From positions 12,044,359 to 12,108,358 of the forward strand of contig OZ316893.1 in assembly GCA_973895155.1 (NCBI GenBank): a stretch of DNA of 64,000 nucleotides. The letters run 5' to 3'. The first letter of the stretch is position 1, and every line of letters begins with the position of its first letter. The position numbers and the translations under genes were made by a program. Below the pieces are notes generated by a model. It did no database searches and was not told where the DNA came from. It saw only the letters and a program-made list of their open reading frames with translations. Below are positions 24,717 through 36,099 of this stretch, one piece after another. Source of the stretch: Marsupella aquatica. Taxonomy: Eukaryota; Plantae; Marchantiophyta.

Positions 24717-26112
24717 TTTTTCTCTTTTTTTGTGGGGGTCTCTTTACCATGGGAGAATTAAGGAAGTCCCATGGATGTGTAAGAGTTCCAAATGTAGAGC
24801 TCTGGTGTCATGAAAGATGTGTTGTTGGACCTTTGAGGAAGTATGTCAATTCGCTTCCGCCTAGCCTGGTTTGCTGTGAAGGCTGCCAACACAGACTTAG
24901 TGTACGATTAGTAGTTGGTTAGTTGTAACATATGCTGCAAAGACTTCGGAAAACTGCATCCGAACCAAACAAAACAGAGGTAGGCTTGTACACTAGTCAC
25001 TTCCAGGGTCACTTCATTTTCGGAAACAAGAACCATATTTTATACATGCACATCTGTTTCTTAGTGCTGAAAGACTGTATGGAAAATGAGTCGTTACAAC
25101 GCCACTTCCCGCGTCACTGTTGCGATCAATCAATGCAGAAAAGCGAAATGTATAAACCATTCTACTACAGACCATCAAAGTCGGGACAGTTTGGTCGAAC
25201 TTCTTTTTTTTGACAGCTTTCAAAACAAATCATGTCTTGCGCAGAATTTGTCCCGATCAATATCTTCAAAACACAGCTCAATTACACTTGGGACTATAAC
25301 ACGAGTAAACTAGTATAGCACGAACCGTCCAAAATTTCTACAAAGTGACAATTAATTATTGTAAATTGGTGCAGACAATTAAATGCAGTTACTCCACATG
25401 AAACTGGCGAATCTTGTTAACAGTACTTGTGAGGTCTGAAACTATCAAACATTGACATCCTTGGTTGAAATTCTTGCACAAAAATTGAAATCTGACCATT
25501 CCGTGTTTTTATTTACATAAAGTTTAAAGTGCAAAATCATGGCTGCCTCTATTTTCATTCTATAGTGGCACTTGCAAGCTTAGGTCGCACTCTTTTGTGC
25601 ATTTGGACAATAAGTTGAATACTGGCGTTCAAAACATACCACCAGCTTCAGCCAGGGTGCAGTTGTTCTGCATTGATGGCATCATGGATTCCTTACCCTG
25701 AAATCTGCAGACTGCTGAAGAGTCAGCGAGACAGAACCCTCCAGGCAGAGCCCTCCACAGGCACTACTGTTTACTATCTATGTCCTTTACTTGACGCCCA
25801 ACTCTCGACCTTGCTTACCTTCTCCTGGACACTTTTAATTCCATTACTCATCCAATTTGTGAAGTAGCCGGAATACTCACAAGGAAAAACTCCCTCCCAG
25901 ACTCATGTGCCTACTCACAAGAGTAATTTAAATATCACAAACTTCTCTATTGCCATAAAAATTATGACCTGAGAAATTATGACGTGTGGTTTTGACTATT
26001 CAAAATAGATGATAAATGGTGGTCTAGACTTTGATCACCAATTAGAGTATAGGCTCCATATTAATAGGGAGTAGTTCATGAATGGTAGAGTTTGATTATA
26101 ACTTAAAGCATA

Positions 26113-26273
26113 GATTGCCTAGAGAAGCATGGTTGTGTGGTAGCTCACATTGATAGGTATTGAGTTCAAATGTAGCTCACTTGAGTAAAGATTGATAGGT
26201 CTTGGGTTCACATACAGAGTGACTGGTTGTTCCCTTTTTCTGGGGTTTTCACAAATTTCCCCTTAAAGAAAAA
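26113..26273 (+). mobile_element. tRNA-derived SINE-like repeat (copy 2, with an internal duplication)
   Basis: GATTGCCTAGAGAAGCATGGTTGTGTGGTAGCTCAC...GGTCTTGGGTTCAC...A-rich end; matches the reverse complement of 11028-11143. Confidence 0.5.
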
Positions 26274-26789
26274 ATTGGAAAAATACACTGGTGATTTTGC
26301 TAGAATTAGCAAATGGAAAAAATTACATATTTTGCACCAACTTGATTGTCACAAAAAGGGCCTTACAACTTGTCTTCAAGTAATTCACTTGAAGGCTAGC
26401 CTTGTATTACCAGCAACAGACTCCTAATGATGCCCTCAGTGTACAGTAGTACGTGAACATACCTTTGATCCCAAAATATGCTTGGTGCTGTGTTTATTCT
26501 CTCCAACCTTTGAACCCTATAGTGCACTACTAATGTATACCCTGCTCTTGTCACTGAGAGATAGAATACCGTATTGATTTATTTTCAGCTTTCAAGGTCT
26601 TTAGCAACCCAATCAACTTTGATAAGTCCAAAAACCATTATTTTTGAAAATTCTCCAAAAGAACACAAATTAAATTTGCCATTGTGGTTGGTCAGGGCTC
26701 ACCTGAAGCCCTTACTTTGAATCTGAGGAACTACAATTCCTCAGCCAACTCCTTTTCATAAATATACCTTAAACCGCAACTACCCACTT

Positions 26790-27770
26790 TACCGCATCCA
26801 CATGCCTCTTTGGGCCCCTAAACTTCTACCACATCCACGCACCTTCGACGGGGTCTTCCTCACCCTTGCCTCTTTGGGTCAGCCCACATGCGTCTGTGGT
26901 GCGCCCCTTGATGGACAGGGCGTTCATATTCTCAAGTGTGGTCATGGTAGTGAGAGAACTGCAACACACGATGACATCTAGGATGTGGTGGCGGTCATTG
27001 CTCGTGACTTTGGGTACCATGTCATGATGAAGCAGAGACATGTATGTGTTACCTCCACGAGATGGGGTTTCTGATTGTTGTCAGACAGATTTGGTATTCC
27101 CTTGTGTTGGAGTTCGTGCCCTTGGGGATGTCGTTGTTGCTAATCCGACCAGTGGGGCCAACGTGGCTTCTGTCGCTTATGTACCAAGCCATGCTGCTGT
27201 GCGGGCAGCATGACTTAAGGAGGAGGCCTGTGTTGTGCGGTACCCTGAGCACCTCTTCTATCCGATTGTGGCGGGGTTTGTGGTGGAAATATTTGGGTCG
27301 CTACACCCATCTTTTGACCATTTTCTACGCTCTTGCACAGTTCAGTATGTCAAGCGGAGGTCCTATCCCCAGTGTCTGTCATCACCACAATTTTTAGGCA
27401 GAGGGTGTATGTTTTACTTCAGTGGCACATGCGTTCACTATTCTTCGTAGGGGGGAGGCTGCTGGTCTTAAGGCCTCTAGTAGGATTCCTTTGCTTCACC
27501 CTCCGATGTAGTTCACACCGGAGCTATACCACCAGGCTCAATCTTCAGTTTGCTGATCAGTATACTTTGGGGCCCTGGTTTTTGGGTTGGCGGTAGTTCT
27601 TAATTTGTTTCTTTATTCTCTTGCCTTTCTTGGCCCCTTGGTGGTCCCCCCCCCCCCCCCCCCCCTAGATTGGGTCTTTTGCCTGAGGGATCATGTCTCC
27701 CGGTTGGGCCCCCTCTGTTTTTTGGCCAGTTTGGTATATATACTTTACATACAGGGGCCGGCCCCTAACC
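26790..27770 (+). mobile_element. 5'-truncated RLE-type (CRE-like) non-LTR retrotransposon
   Basis: Translation with few lesions: LRRGLPHP / CVCGAPLDGQGVHILKCGHGSERTATHDDI*DVVAVIARDFG (CCHC finger plus RHD-like motif), TDLV..GDVVVANP (PD-(D/E)xK-like), K..Y-equivalent region, FYP...VEIFGSL, RQRV..LQ. A T-rich 3' UTR follows, ending near AGGGGCCGGCCCCT. Confidence 0.8.
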
Positions 27771-27900
27771 AACCAGTGTTAACTGTTTGCTTCCCAAGGT
27801 GAACAAAAGACCTATCCTGTAGGCTCCCTTGCTCACTTGCAATCCTAAGACTCTTGTACCAAAAAATTGAACTATTTTTATATGATGTTATTGTTAAACA

Positions 27901-28374
27901 TGTCGTGTGAATAACACATCGTCATACAACATACATCGCTGACATACCATACCCACATACGTACATCATAGGAACAAGAGCATACACAAATACAAGTGTA
28001 CCACAACTGAAATCTGTGAAAGACATTCTATCATAAAACACGTATAGAACACAAACAATCAAGCCAAACCCACTCCATGATGGAGAATCTAGGTCGAAGC
28101 TAACGGGACACCATAGCCAAGGAGCTCCATTCACTACCAAGGCTCTCCCAACGCCAAAGGCTCAAATCAAAGAACTATTGTTCTTTGAGCCCTACCCACA
28201 CTATACCCTCCAACCCAAGGGTGGGTCCTACCATAGGGGTCACCCTCAACAAGGCACCCCCTCCAACCCTATGCATGGAACCACTCCTTATCTAGGCACT
28301 ACGGCCCTACATAAGGTATGGCCTCTACCAGCACAGTATGTACTACAACGATACACGTATATATGGTCATGACA
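27901..28374. mobile_element. Solo LTR, family B (Ty3/Gypsy-like termini)
   Basis: 474 bp bounded by TGTCGTG...CATGACA, with direct repeats AACA on both flanks. Confidence 0.6.
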
Positions 28375-31169
28375 AACACATATGTCCCTTTTTAGCCATG
28401 GATTGTCTCCTGCCATGAACTAATTAAGGGTAAATTAATTAATGAGACTCACAGTCACTCAGAAATTTTCAACAATATGATATGCTCTTTCATATGCATG
28501 ACTGTTTTGTATGTGAAATGAGAACTACAAGGTACCAACCTGAGTATATTATACAAGAACTTAAGGTTCAAGTTTTGGGATGCTTTCGTGCATCTTTGTG
28601 AGTTATCATCCCCAAATGAAGATGAAGGTTGTAAGTTTTGCTCCTTCACCCTCTACTGGCCCTCCAGGCTTCTCAAAGGTAAGATTTAGTGGTTTGTTAT
28701 TTGGGATATACAAGTAAGTTAGTAGCATAAATTGACTAAAGTGGGTTTATGCTTCCAGCATATGATTGCACAAGGAGTGACTGTGCTCAGTTTTCATTAT
28801 TTGAGAACCAAGAACTAATCATCTAAGAAACAAGAAAAAACAAGGCTTAAGCCAGATTTTGGAATGACAAAGTGAGATTGGACTTACTGAACTGGTTTGC
28901 ATAATGTAGACCAATACATCATAAGGCTGGGCCATAGTCTCCACACACATGACCCCCATGCTCACGGAGGAGGGGGTGTTGAGGGACCCTCATCTTCCTC
29001 CTCTCTTTCTTAGCAAAGGGATTTAACATGGTCTAACCTGGCCAGTAACTTGGAATCTGGAAGATGCCACAAACCCTGCTATTGCTGCAAAATCTAGAAA
29101 CATGATCAGTGATATATTCTGTATTTCTCATGTAGGAATGACTTATGAACTTAAAAGAATCTATTAACAGAAGGATTTTGAGAGTCCTATAGGTGAACCC
29201 AATTTAACCTGGTCAGGAGGTGATTCCACTGGCAGATCCCTTTGCAAGGGATCAATTAGGGGGACCTGAAAATAGACTACCATTTAACTGGTGTTAGTTT
29301 TAATATTAGTTTAATCATCCAATCTGTTAAGAATGCTAGGCCCAAGTTCCATTATTACAAGAAACAATAATGTGGACATTAGGTGTGCCTCTATTCAGTA
29401 CTTGATGTTTTCAGTTTTATCATGATATCGAATAATGTTTTAATGATCAAATTAGCATTATTGCAAGGAAAGTAAAGCCTGGATGGACCAAGGGGTTTGC
29501 TGTGAAGCCCCCATGGATTTCCAAAGCTGGGATGGACTGACTCAGAACATCAAAATCTGCTCGGATAGCACTCTTTAGAGTTTTGACTCATATTGACCTG
29601 TAAGTCGCGGCTTACACAAACTACTCAGGGCATCTTTCATAACAGTGAAGCATCCTTTCCCAAAGTGATAAGTTGGTGCTCGTGCCCAAATATTGAGGGT
29701 GTTCTTCACAAAAGTGAAGCATTTGTTGGTGGTTAGTTCATAATATTTGATCATCTTTGCACTCATCTGCAATGGACCAAATGGTTTCAGAAAAAACTGA
29801 AACTTTGTCAAGTAATAGATTGGACATCAGAGAACATGCTGGAAAATTTTGAACTAAAACGTAGATCCAAAATTTGTTTAAATAAATGCACAAGTTTGCT
29901 GAAAACTAACATTTCATAGTTGGTCGAGACACCTGGAAAAACTACTCGGGCGTCACACCAATTGCATAGCCCTTCAAATTTTACACCTCACATAAAATAG
30001 TGTGACACATTATTTCAGGTGTAACTCTAATTACAGGTCACATGAAGGCACATTTTTGGTCTCACTACTTGTGGTGTTCTCCTTGAATACTACACACTGA
30101 GAATCCAGGCATAAAACTGAGACCCAAGCAGAGTCTCAGCTTCACAAAGTAAAGTGTGTGATTTAACATACTTAATTAGTGTGATTTAGGTTAGAAAAAA
30201 ATGTTCACACAATTTAGTGTGAGTCACTCTAATTTTGGTGTCACACTAATTATGTACTCAGACACACTATCTAAGGTGGACAGTGTAGATGAAAACAAGC
30301 TGGGACCAAATTACACAACAAGATTTTGAACTGTATGAGAGTTGTCCATAATGTGGCCAAATCAGGGCAAGTTAAGTGTTATCTAGACACAGGTTTAGGG
30401 TGAGTTGAGCATTGTTTCTCAGATGAACTAGTCAGGATTTGAAGAGGGGCTGAAACTGCCGGAAGGGTTTTCAAGATGTGCTTTGCTCTAAATCACTGGC
30501 ATTTCTGCTGAAACAGAATGAGAAGTTCAAGTTTGGGCACTGGTCATCCTTCATTTCACCAGGTCTGTTACTTATACCTCTATTTAAACTCCTCTATTCG
30601 AACTCAGGTGACCCACCACTACACAACGCTCATATTTGGAGTCTTCCTGTTACGCTCCATTACTTGATATTGATTTTGCTATAGTCTATAGTCTATAATC
30701 TATGGTGGACAAGAGAAAGTCCTCAAAATTGTAGAGGAGTTGCTAAAGGATAGGCTTTGGTTTAAGTGTAATCCAAGCAAGAAAGATGTGGGTGGCCAAA
30801 GCCAAAGCAGTGGGCTGGAGACTACAGCTTAGCTTGCTATCAAAGTTAATTCATCCCTCACTTGATTCTGCTGCACTCATAGCTCCAGGTCCATTCGTTC
30901 ATTCCTTGGATCAGTCGAGAGGCTACAGTGACAAATCGAAGGGCCCAGTCTGCCCGCCCACAATGCTTGCAGCACCTCGATCCTCAATCCACGGATGCAG
31001 CAAGCAATTCTTCAGAGGCTAGTTCCCTCCTGGAGCTCGTTTGCCACTTTGCGTCAGATGTACGCGAAGTGTTCCATCTGAAACGCAGCCAAAACAATCC
31101 TCAATCCTCAATGAGTGACGGGGATGATGCAAACAATGCATCTGCCCTTGGAAAGGAGCGCCTCCCGTG

Positions 31170-32220
31170 ACCCACGTGTCTCAGCCCTCAATCCATCCCC
31201 CTCGTCAGCTTGATCTCTTGCTCTCCAAACACCTTCGGCTTCCTCTCCTGTTATAACTGTAAATAGTTAGCTCATCATTCGCACTCTCATTTTCTATTCA
31301 GGAAGCTTTTCTGTTCCACAGCGCTACGAATTCGACCCGGTGAGTTTTCGTCTGTACTGCACTTTAATCAATTGTTGAAGGTTCTGCCTCTCGGGTGAAT
31401 TCTGAGAGGGTTTGGAGGCTGGGTTTCTAGGACGCTACAGTAGTGGGAATCCAGGGCTTGGGGTGGGAAAAGTTTATCTGGGAAAACGGAAGAACGTTGA
31501 GAGATTGAGAGGTTGAGAGAATTCTGTTACGCTGGAGGCAATCCAAAAGGGAGGAAAAAGGTTGAATTCGATTCGTAGGTGAGTAGAGAAGCAAATAGTC
31601 AAGGCCAGCGACTTGTTATAATTTGGTTCCGTGATCCTACTCAGACTGAGAGCTCGGACATGCTGTCTTCAAGAGAGAAGCCTGAGTGTGTCTGAGGAGC
31701 TGACTTCGAAAATGCTGAGTAGGAACTGGGGTGGGTAAGGAAGGGTTTGAGTTGGGGGTTAATCTCTCAGGCTTGATTACTACCTCGTAATATAACTATC
31801 TGTATTTGATATAGCTACCTTGTCTGGTACTTTTGGACTTGCTTGCAAACAATTTATCAGGCTCTGTAGTACACCAGGAAGTGATTGTGTATAAGTGACG
31901 CTTGGTTCTAATATCTCTTTTGTTCCAAGGTTGATTATTTTTCACTTCGCGCTTGTGTTACCCTACGAAAAAAATTAGGATCCTGGATATGAATTGAGAA
32001 CTGTAAATTGGATATTTAGTCTCAGAGCTTTCTACCCTCAAATTCTTTACGTCAATGTCCCGGGCGATAGGTTCCAATTTTCCGGAGGGGTGGGGTGGGG
32101 ACTCTTCTTCCACGAAGCTTGAAGTGGGGAAATTGTGAGATATTTGTTTGCAATCCGGTATTGATCTGTTGGTGCGAATTGCAGGATCTCAGCCGGATTG
32201 GAGCGCAGTTGAATACAATC
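31170..32220 (+). promoter_or_regulatory. SOUL gene promoter, non-coding first exon and 5' UTR intron
   Basis: ABRE CACGTGTC at 31173-31180; TATA-like TTATAA at ~31251; donor CG|GTGAGT at 31340; acceptor TTGCAG| at 32184. Confidence 0.6.
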
Positions 32221-33671
32221 ATGGCTCGGATGTCGATTCCCCTGGTTGGCTTACTGGTATTCTGTACCCTGATGGTCTCTTGTGCGGCTCTTCCAATAGA
32301 GACACCGGACTACACTGTGTTGCATGAGGATGATGATTATGAGCTTCGATTGTACAGTGAGACCGTCTGGGCTGTAGCGAAAGTTGATGACGTGTCCTTC
32401 AGTCGTGCCACTGTTCTTGGATTCCACACGTATGTCTCTCGTTCATCCATCCATTGTAGTCTTCTCCCTGATACATTTGTTCTCCTTTGGCTCTTTAGTC
32501 AACAAATTGGGGCCGACCAATTACAATGCGGTAAACTGTATAGCTGTTGTTCAAGTGAATACTAGCTTGTCTCGGAGATGCATGTTTTGTCTCATAGTCT
32601 ACGGGTTGATTTCTGCAAAGCCATTTTTTTCCTGCCGGGAGAGGAGAATTGAAACGTTTCTGAAATTGTCTTTGTACTGTTGTTGACAATGGTTCTTTAA
32701 GTCTGGTGAGATTGAGGATGTTTTCCTTGTTAAGGGTTTAGGTTAATTCGCACTTTGTGAAAGATAAGGGGTAATGGGGATACAAAATAGATCTGAGTTG
32801 GAAAGACGTGGACAAGGCAATCCTCATCCCAGATGAGTGGATGAGGTTGATGAGATTATTCGTCTAGGTTCCTCCTGGTCTACAAGCCGGGAACAAGAGG
32901 GTTATGCCCTCACCATCGCCATAAGGACCGTAATAGGGGGATCCTCCACCTGCAAAATCTCTTATTATAATGAGTATACTCTTGTTACCTGGTTTGATAG
33001 GACTTGGCAATACCCTACGTACGTAAGAGGTTATTCCAATAGCTGCATAGAGGTCCATCTTCTAAATGGCATCCACTGAAGGTCTTGTTCACCTCCGAAA
33101 TCATACTTTATCGTTAGCGTACAATGATAGATCTGACCGATGCGATAGTTTTCGTTTAGAATGGTCCTTTCATTAGTTGATATGCCAACTTTTTAGTATG
33201 TTCTAACAATGTTGACTGCTGCTTATGGTCAGGTTATTCGAGTATATTGGGGGAGCTAATTTGAATTGGAGCAAAATACCAATGACAACTCCTGTCTGGA
33301 CAGGCATAGTTCCATCAGATGGACCTTTCTGCTCCTCTTCATTTGCAGTGCGCTTGTATCTACCTGCAATGTGTCACGAGGCTCCTCCAACTCCTCTCCC
33401 AGAGCTTGAGATTACATTTGAACGCTGGAGTAACCAAACCATTGCAGTCAGGAAATTCTCAGGCTACGCACAGGATAGCAATGTGGCACAGGAAGCAGAG
33501 AAATTGGCCATAAGTTTATCAAAATCAGTGTACGTCAAGGATGCAACTTATCCAATTGAAGGTCAGGATTCCTATGGCATTGCTCAGTACAACAGCCCGT
33601 TCAAGTTCTGGAATCGAGTAAATGAGGTGTGGGTCAACATTCGCCTCCCTGGTTCCGATGCCTCGTTGTAA
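32221..33671 (+). CDS. SOUL heme-binding family protein with an N-terminal signal peptide, 215 aa, 2 coding exons
   Basis: Exons 32221-32429 and 33233-33671 (648 nt). Motifs: IETPDYTV, YELRLY, GFHTLFEYIGGAN, KIPMTTPV, IAVRKFSG, AQYNSPF..RVNEVW. Hydrophobic N-terminus LVGLLVFCTLMVSCAA. Confidence 0.93.
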
Positions 33672-34332
33672 GAGAAGGGTACCTTACTAATCGTGACTGA
33701 CTAGAGTTGAACGAGCTAATGTAGCCTTATACGTTTCTGTAGATATACACTTCAGCACAACTTAGCTGTCTGAAGGGCTCTTGAGCTAGTATGGGGACTA
33801 GCTGCTGTACTGGGCAAAAGCAGTTGTTACAGAGTCTTGTTCAGTACCACAGCATTATAGTTTATGATGAAGAATGTAGACCAGCTAAACTACGATTGTC
33901 AACTTAGAAATGATATAATATAGATGTTTACAGCTATCTTTACAATCTCGTTGGGGAGTCTCGAACCCATAAATTTGGTCCAATGTGAGGACAGAGGTAC
34001 ATGTCCAATGAACAGGAACAGAATGCGAGTAAAACTTGTTTTTTTTAATTGTTTTGTGGAGATTGCATACAACACCAGTTGTTACAGTCACTAAAAGTGG
34101 AAGCGTTTTGAAAACAAGCAAATTTCACACACAAAATGTTGAGGAAAAATCCACTCTATCTGCAGGCTCACATGACTGAATAGTGGAGGTAAACCAGTAA
34201 ACGTGTTTTGTGGTTTCGGTCATGCAATTGCCAAGTGCTTAGAACAGGGTTGTCTACTCCAAAATGATCACAGTTGTACACTAGCAGCATGCAATAATCC
34301 ACAAATTTCTAACAGCGCTGATCACCCTTCAG

Positions 34333-34850
34333 TACTGGCTTATTGGAAACTCGTCATGAGATTTCACCACTTCAGAGTTTCTCTCCTCCTTCCTCGACTC
34401 TCCACTCTCTTTGTTGACTAAATGAAGTCACGGGATGGAAACTAAGTAACAACGGATTCCTACTGGCTTATTGGAAAGTTGTCATAAGTTTCACACCATT
34501 GCAGAGTTTCTCTCCTCCCTCGGCTCTCCACTCTCTTTGTTGACTGAATCAAGTCACGAGATGGAGAGAAACTAAGTAATAATGGATTTCCTATTGGCTT
34601 ATTGGAAAGTTGTCATAAGATTTCACACCACTTCAGAGTTTCTCTCCTTCTTCGACTCTCCACTCTCTTTGTTGACTAATCAAGTCACAAGATGGAGAGA
34701 AACTAAGTAATAACGGATTTCCTGCAGGCTTATTGGAAAGTTGTCATAAGATTTCACACCACTTCAGAGTTTTCTTTTTCCTCATTCCTCAACTCTCCAC
34801 TCTCTTTGTTGTGTGAATGAATTCATCAGATGGAGAGCAATCTGAGTGAT
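34333..34850. repeat. Tandem array of four ~130-bp units, each with an internal hairpin
   Basis: Units start at about 34333, 34461, 34592 and 34722 (GGCTTATTGGAAA...CAGAGTTTCTCTCC...CTCTCCACTCTCTTTGTTGACT...AGTCAC..GATGGAGAGAAACTAAGT). Confidence 0.9.
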
Positions 34851-35012
34851 AGGAGCTGAAAATCCCAAGCTATAGTGAGGTTGGGTTAAACATGGGTCGA
34901 TAACTGGGGAAGTAGAAAGATCCCAAAGTGAGTGGGAGTGAGTCAGTGTAGACTGTGGATGACTTGATTAGGGAACTCCCTTGCCATAACCCCTAGCCAT
35001 CCTGGCCCCAAG

Positions 35013-35389
35013 TGTTAGACATTTACTCTGAGGTCTAGGGTTACAACTCTAACCATATTTAGGGCTGATCTTAGTCGCAAACTAGGGTTAAGTTAACTAG
35101 GTCACACACTATATCCCAAACTAGCGGTGTTTTTTTTGGATAGGGATAACTCAGGCTCATTGCTACAGAGTTAGTTGAGAGATAGGAATATATTGTATTA
35201 CGAAGAATTGGTATGGCCATCGGGCCTAGAGTGCAATAAAGCTCTCGTGTGTTCCCGTGGACGTAGCTTCAGCGGAGGTGAACCATTATATCTCTGTGTC
35301 GACTACTTGTGCATTGGATGTTCAAGGGTGACTACTTGTGCATTGGATGTTCAAGGGCTTGCGGTTGTGGATGTCGTCTTTGCTCAACA
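35013..35389 (+). mobile_element. Solo LTR, Copia-like family A, with a perfect 5-bp TSD
   Basis: TGTTAG...CTCAACA flanked by CCAAG on both sides (35008-35012, 35390-35394); internal AATAAA and a ~29-bp internal duplication. Confidence 0.92.
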
Positions 35390-36099
35390 CCAAGATTCTC
35401 TTATTAAACCACAACTGCCCCTATAAAGGGCTACGGGTAACCCGTAGCTCTCATCGTAAAAAGCACAGGTTCAGGAATGAGCTTTGAGCTCCACAAAAGG
35501 TGTTGACTGCAAAATCTTTTTTTGGCAAGTACTCCACTAAACATGCTACTGTTCCACCTTTTATGGTGAATAGTGAGACATGGAATGAGACTTTTATAGT
35601 GGCAAGTGTGATTTAAATCTCTTTGTTACTAGCACACATCCTGGTTGCCACTCCTCCTAAACATAATTTTCATAGACTCACAAGAAGGGGTTCCGGCTCA
35701 GTAACACATGGGCTGTTTAGGGGTTATGGGTTACCTACACGTAGTAGTCGAAGTAGTACCATATTCATGATCAAGTTTGTGCATGCCCTGTGTAAAAAGT
35801 TGTGATTTTTCCTCCCAAATATAGCACCATGCATTAATATTTCTACAGATTAAGTTTAAACGTGAAATAATGTCTAGAATGATAAATCAGAGTTTTACAT
35901 CAAAATTCTTGGAATATTCCTTTAAATATTTTGTAAGCTTCTTCCCTTGACTTTGCAGACACCTTACATTTTGGACTCAAATTTTCAATAATAATTTACC
36001 TATTGAGCAAGCCTGATAGCCCCTAAGGCAGTAGCAAGCACTCTCCTCCTCCTGCACTACCATTTTAGTGGCTAAAATTGGCAAAATTAAGCCAGATTT

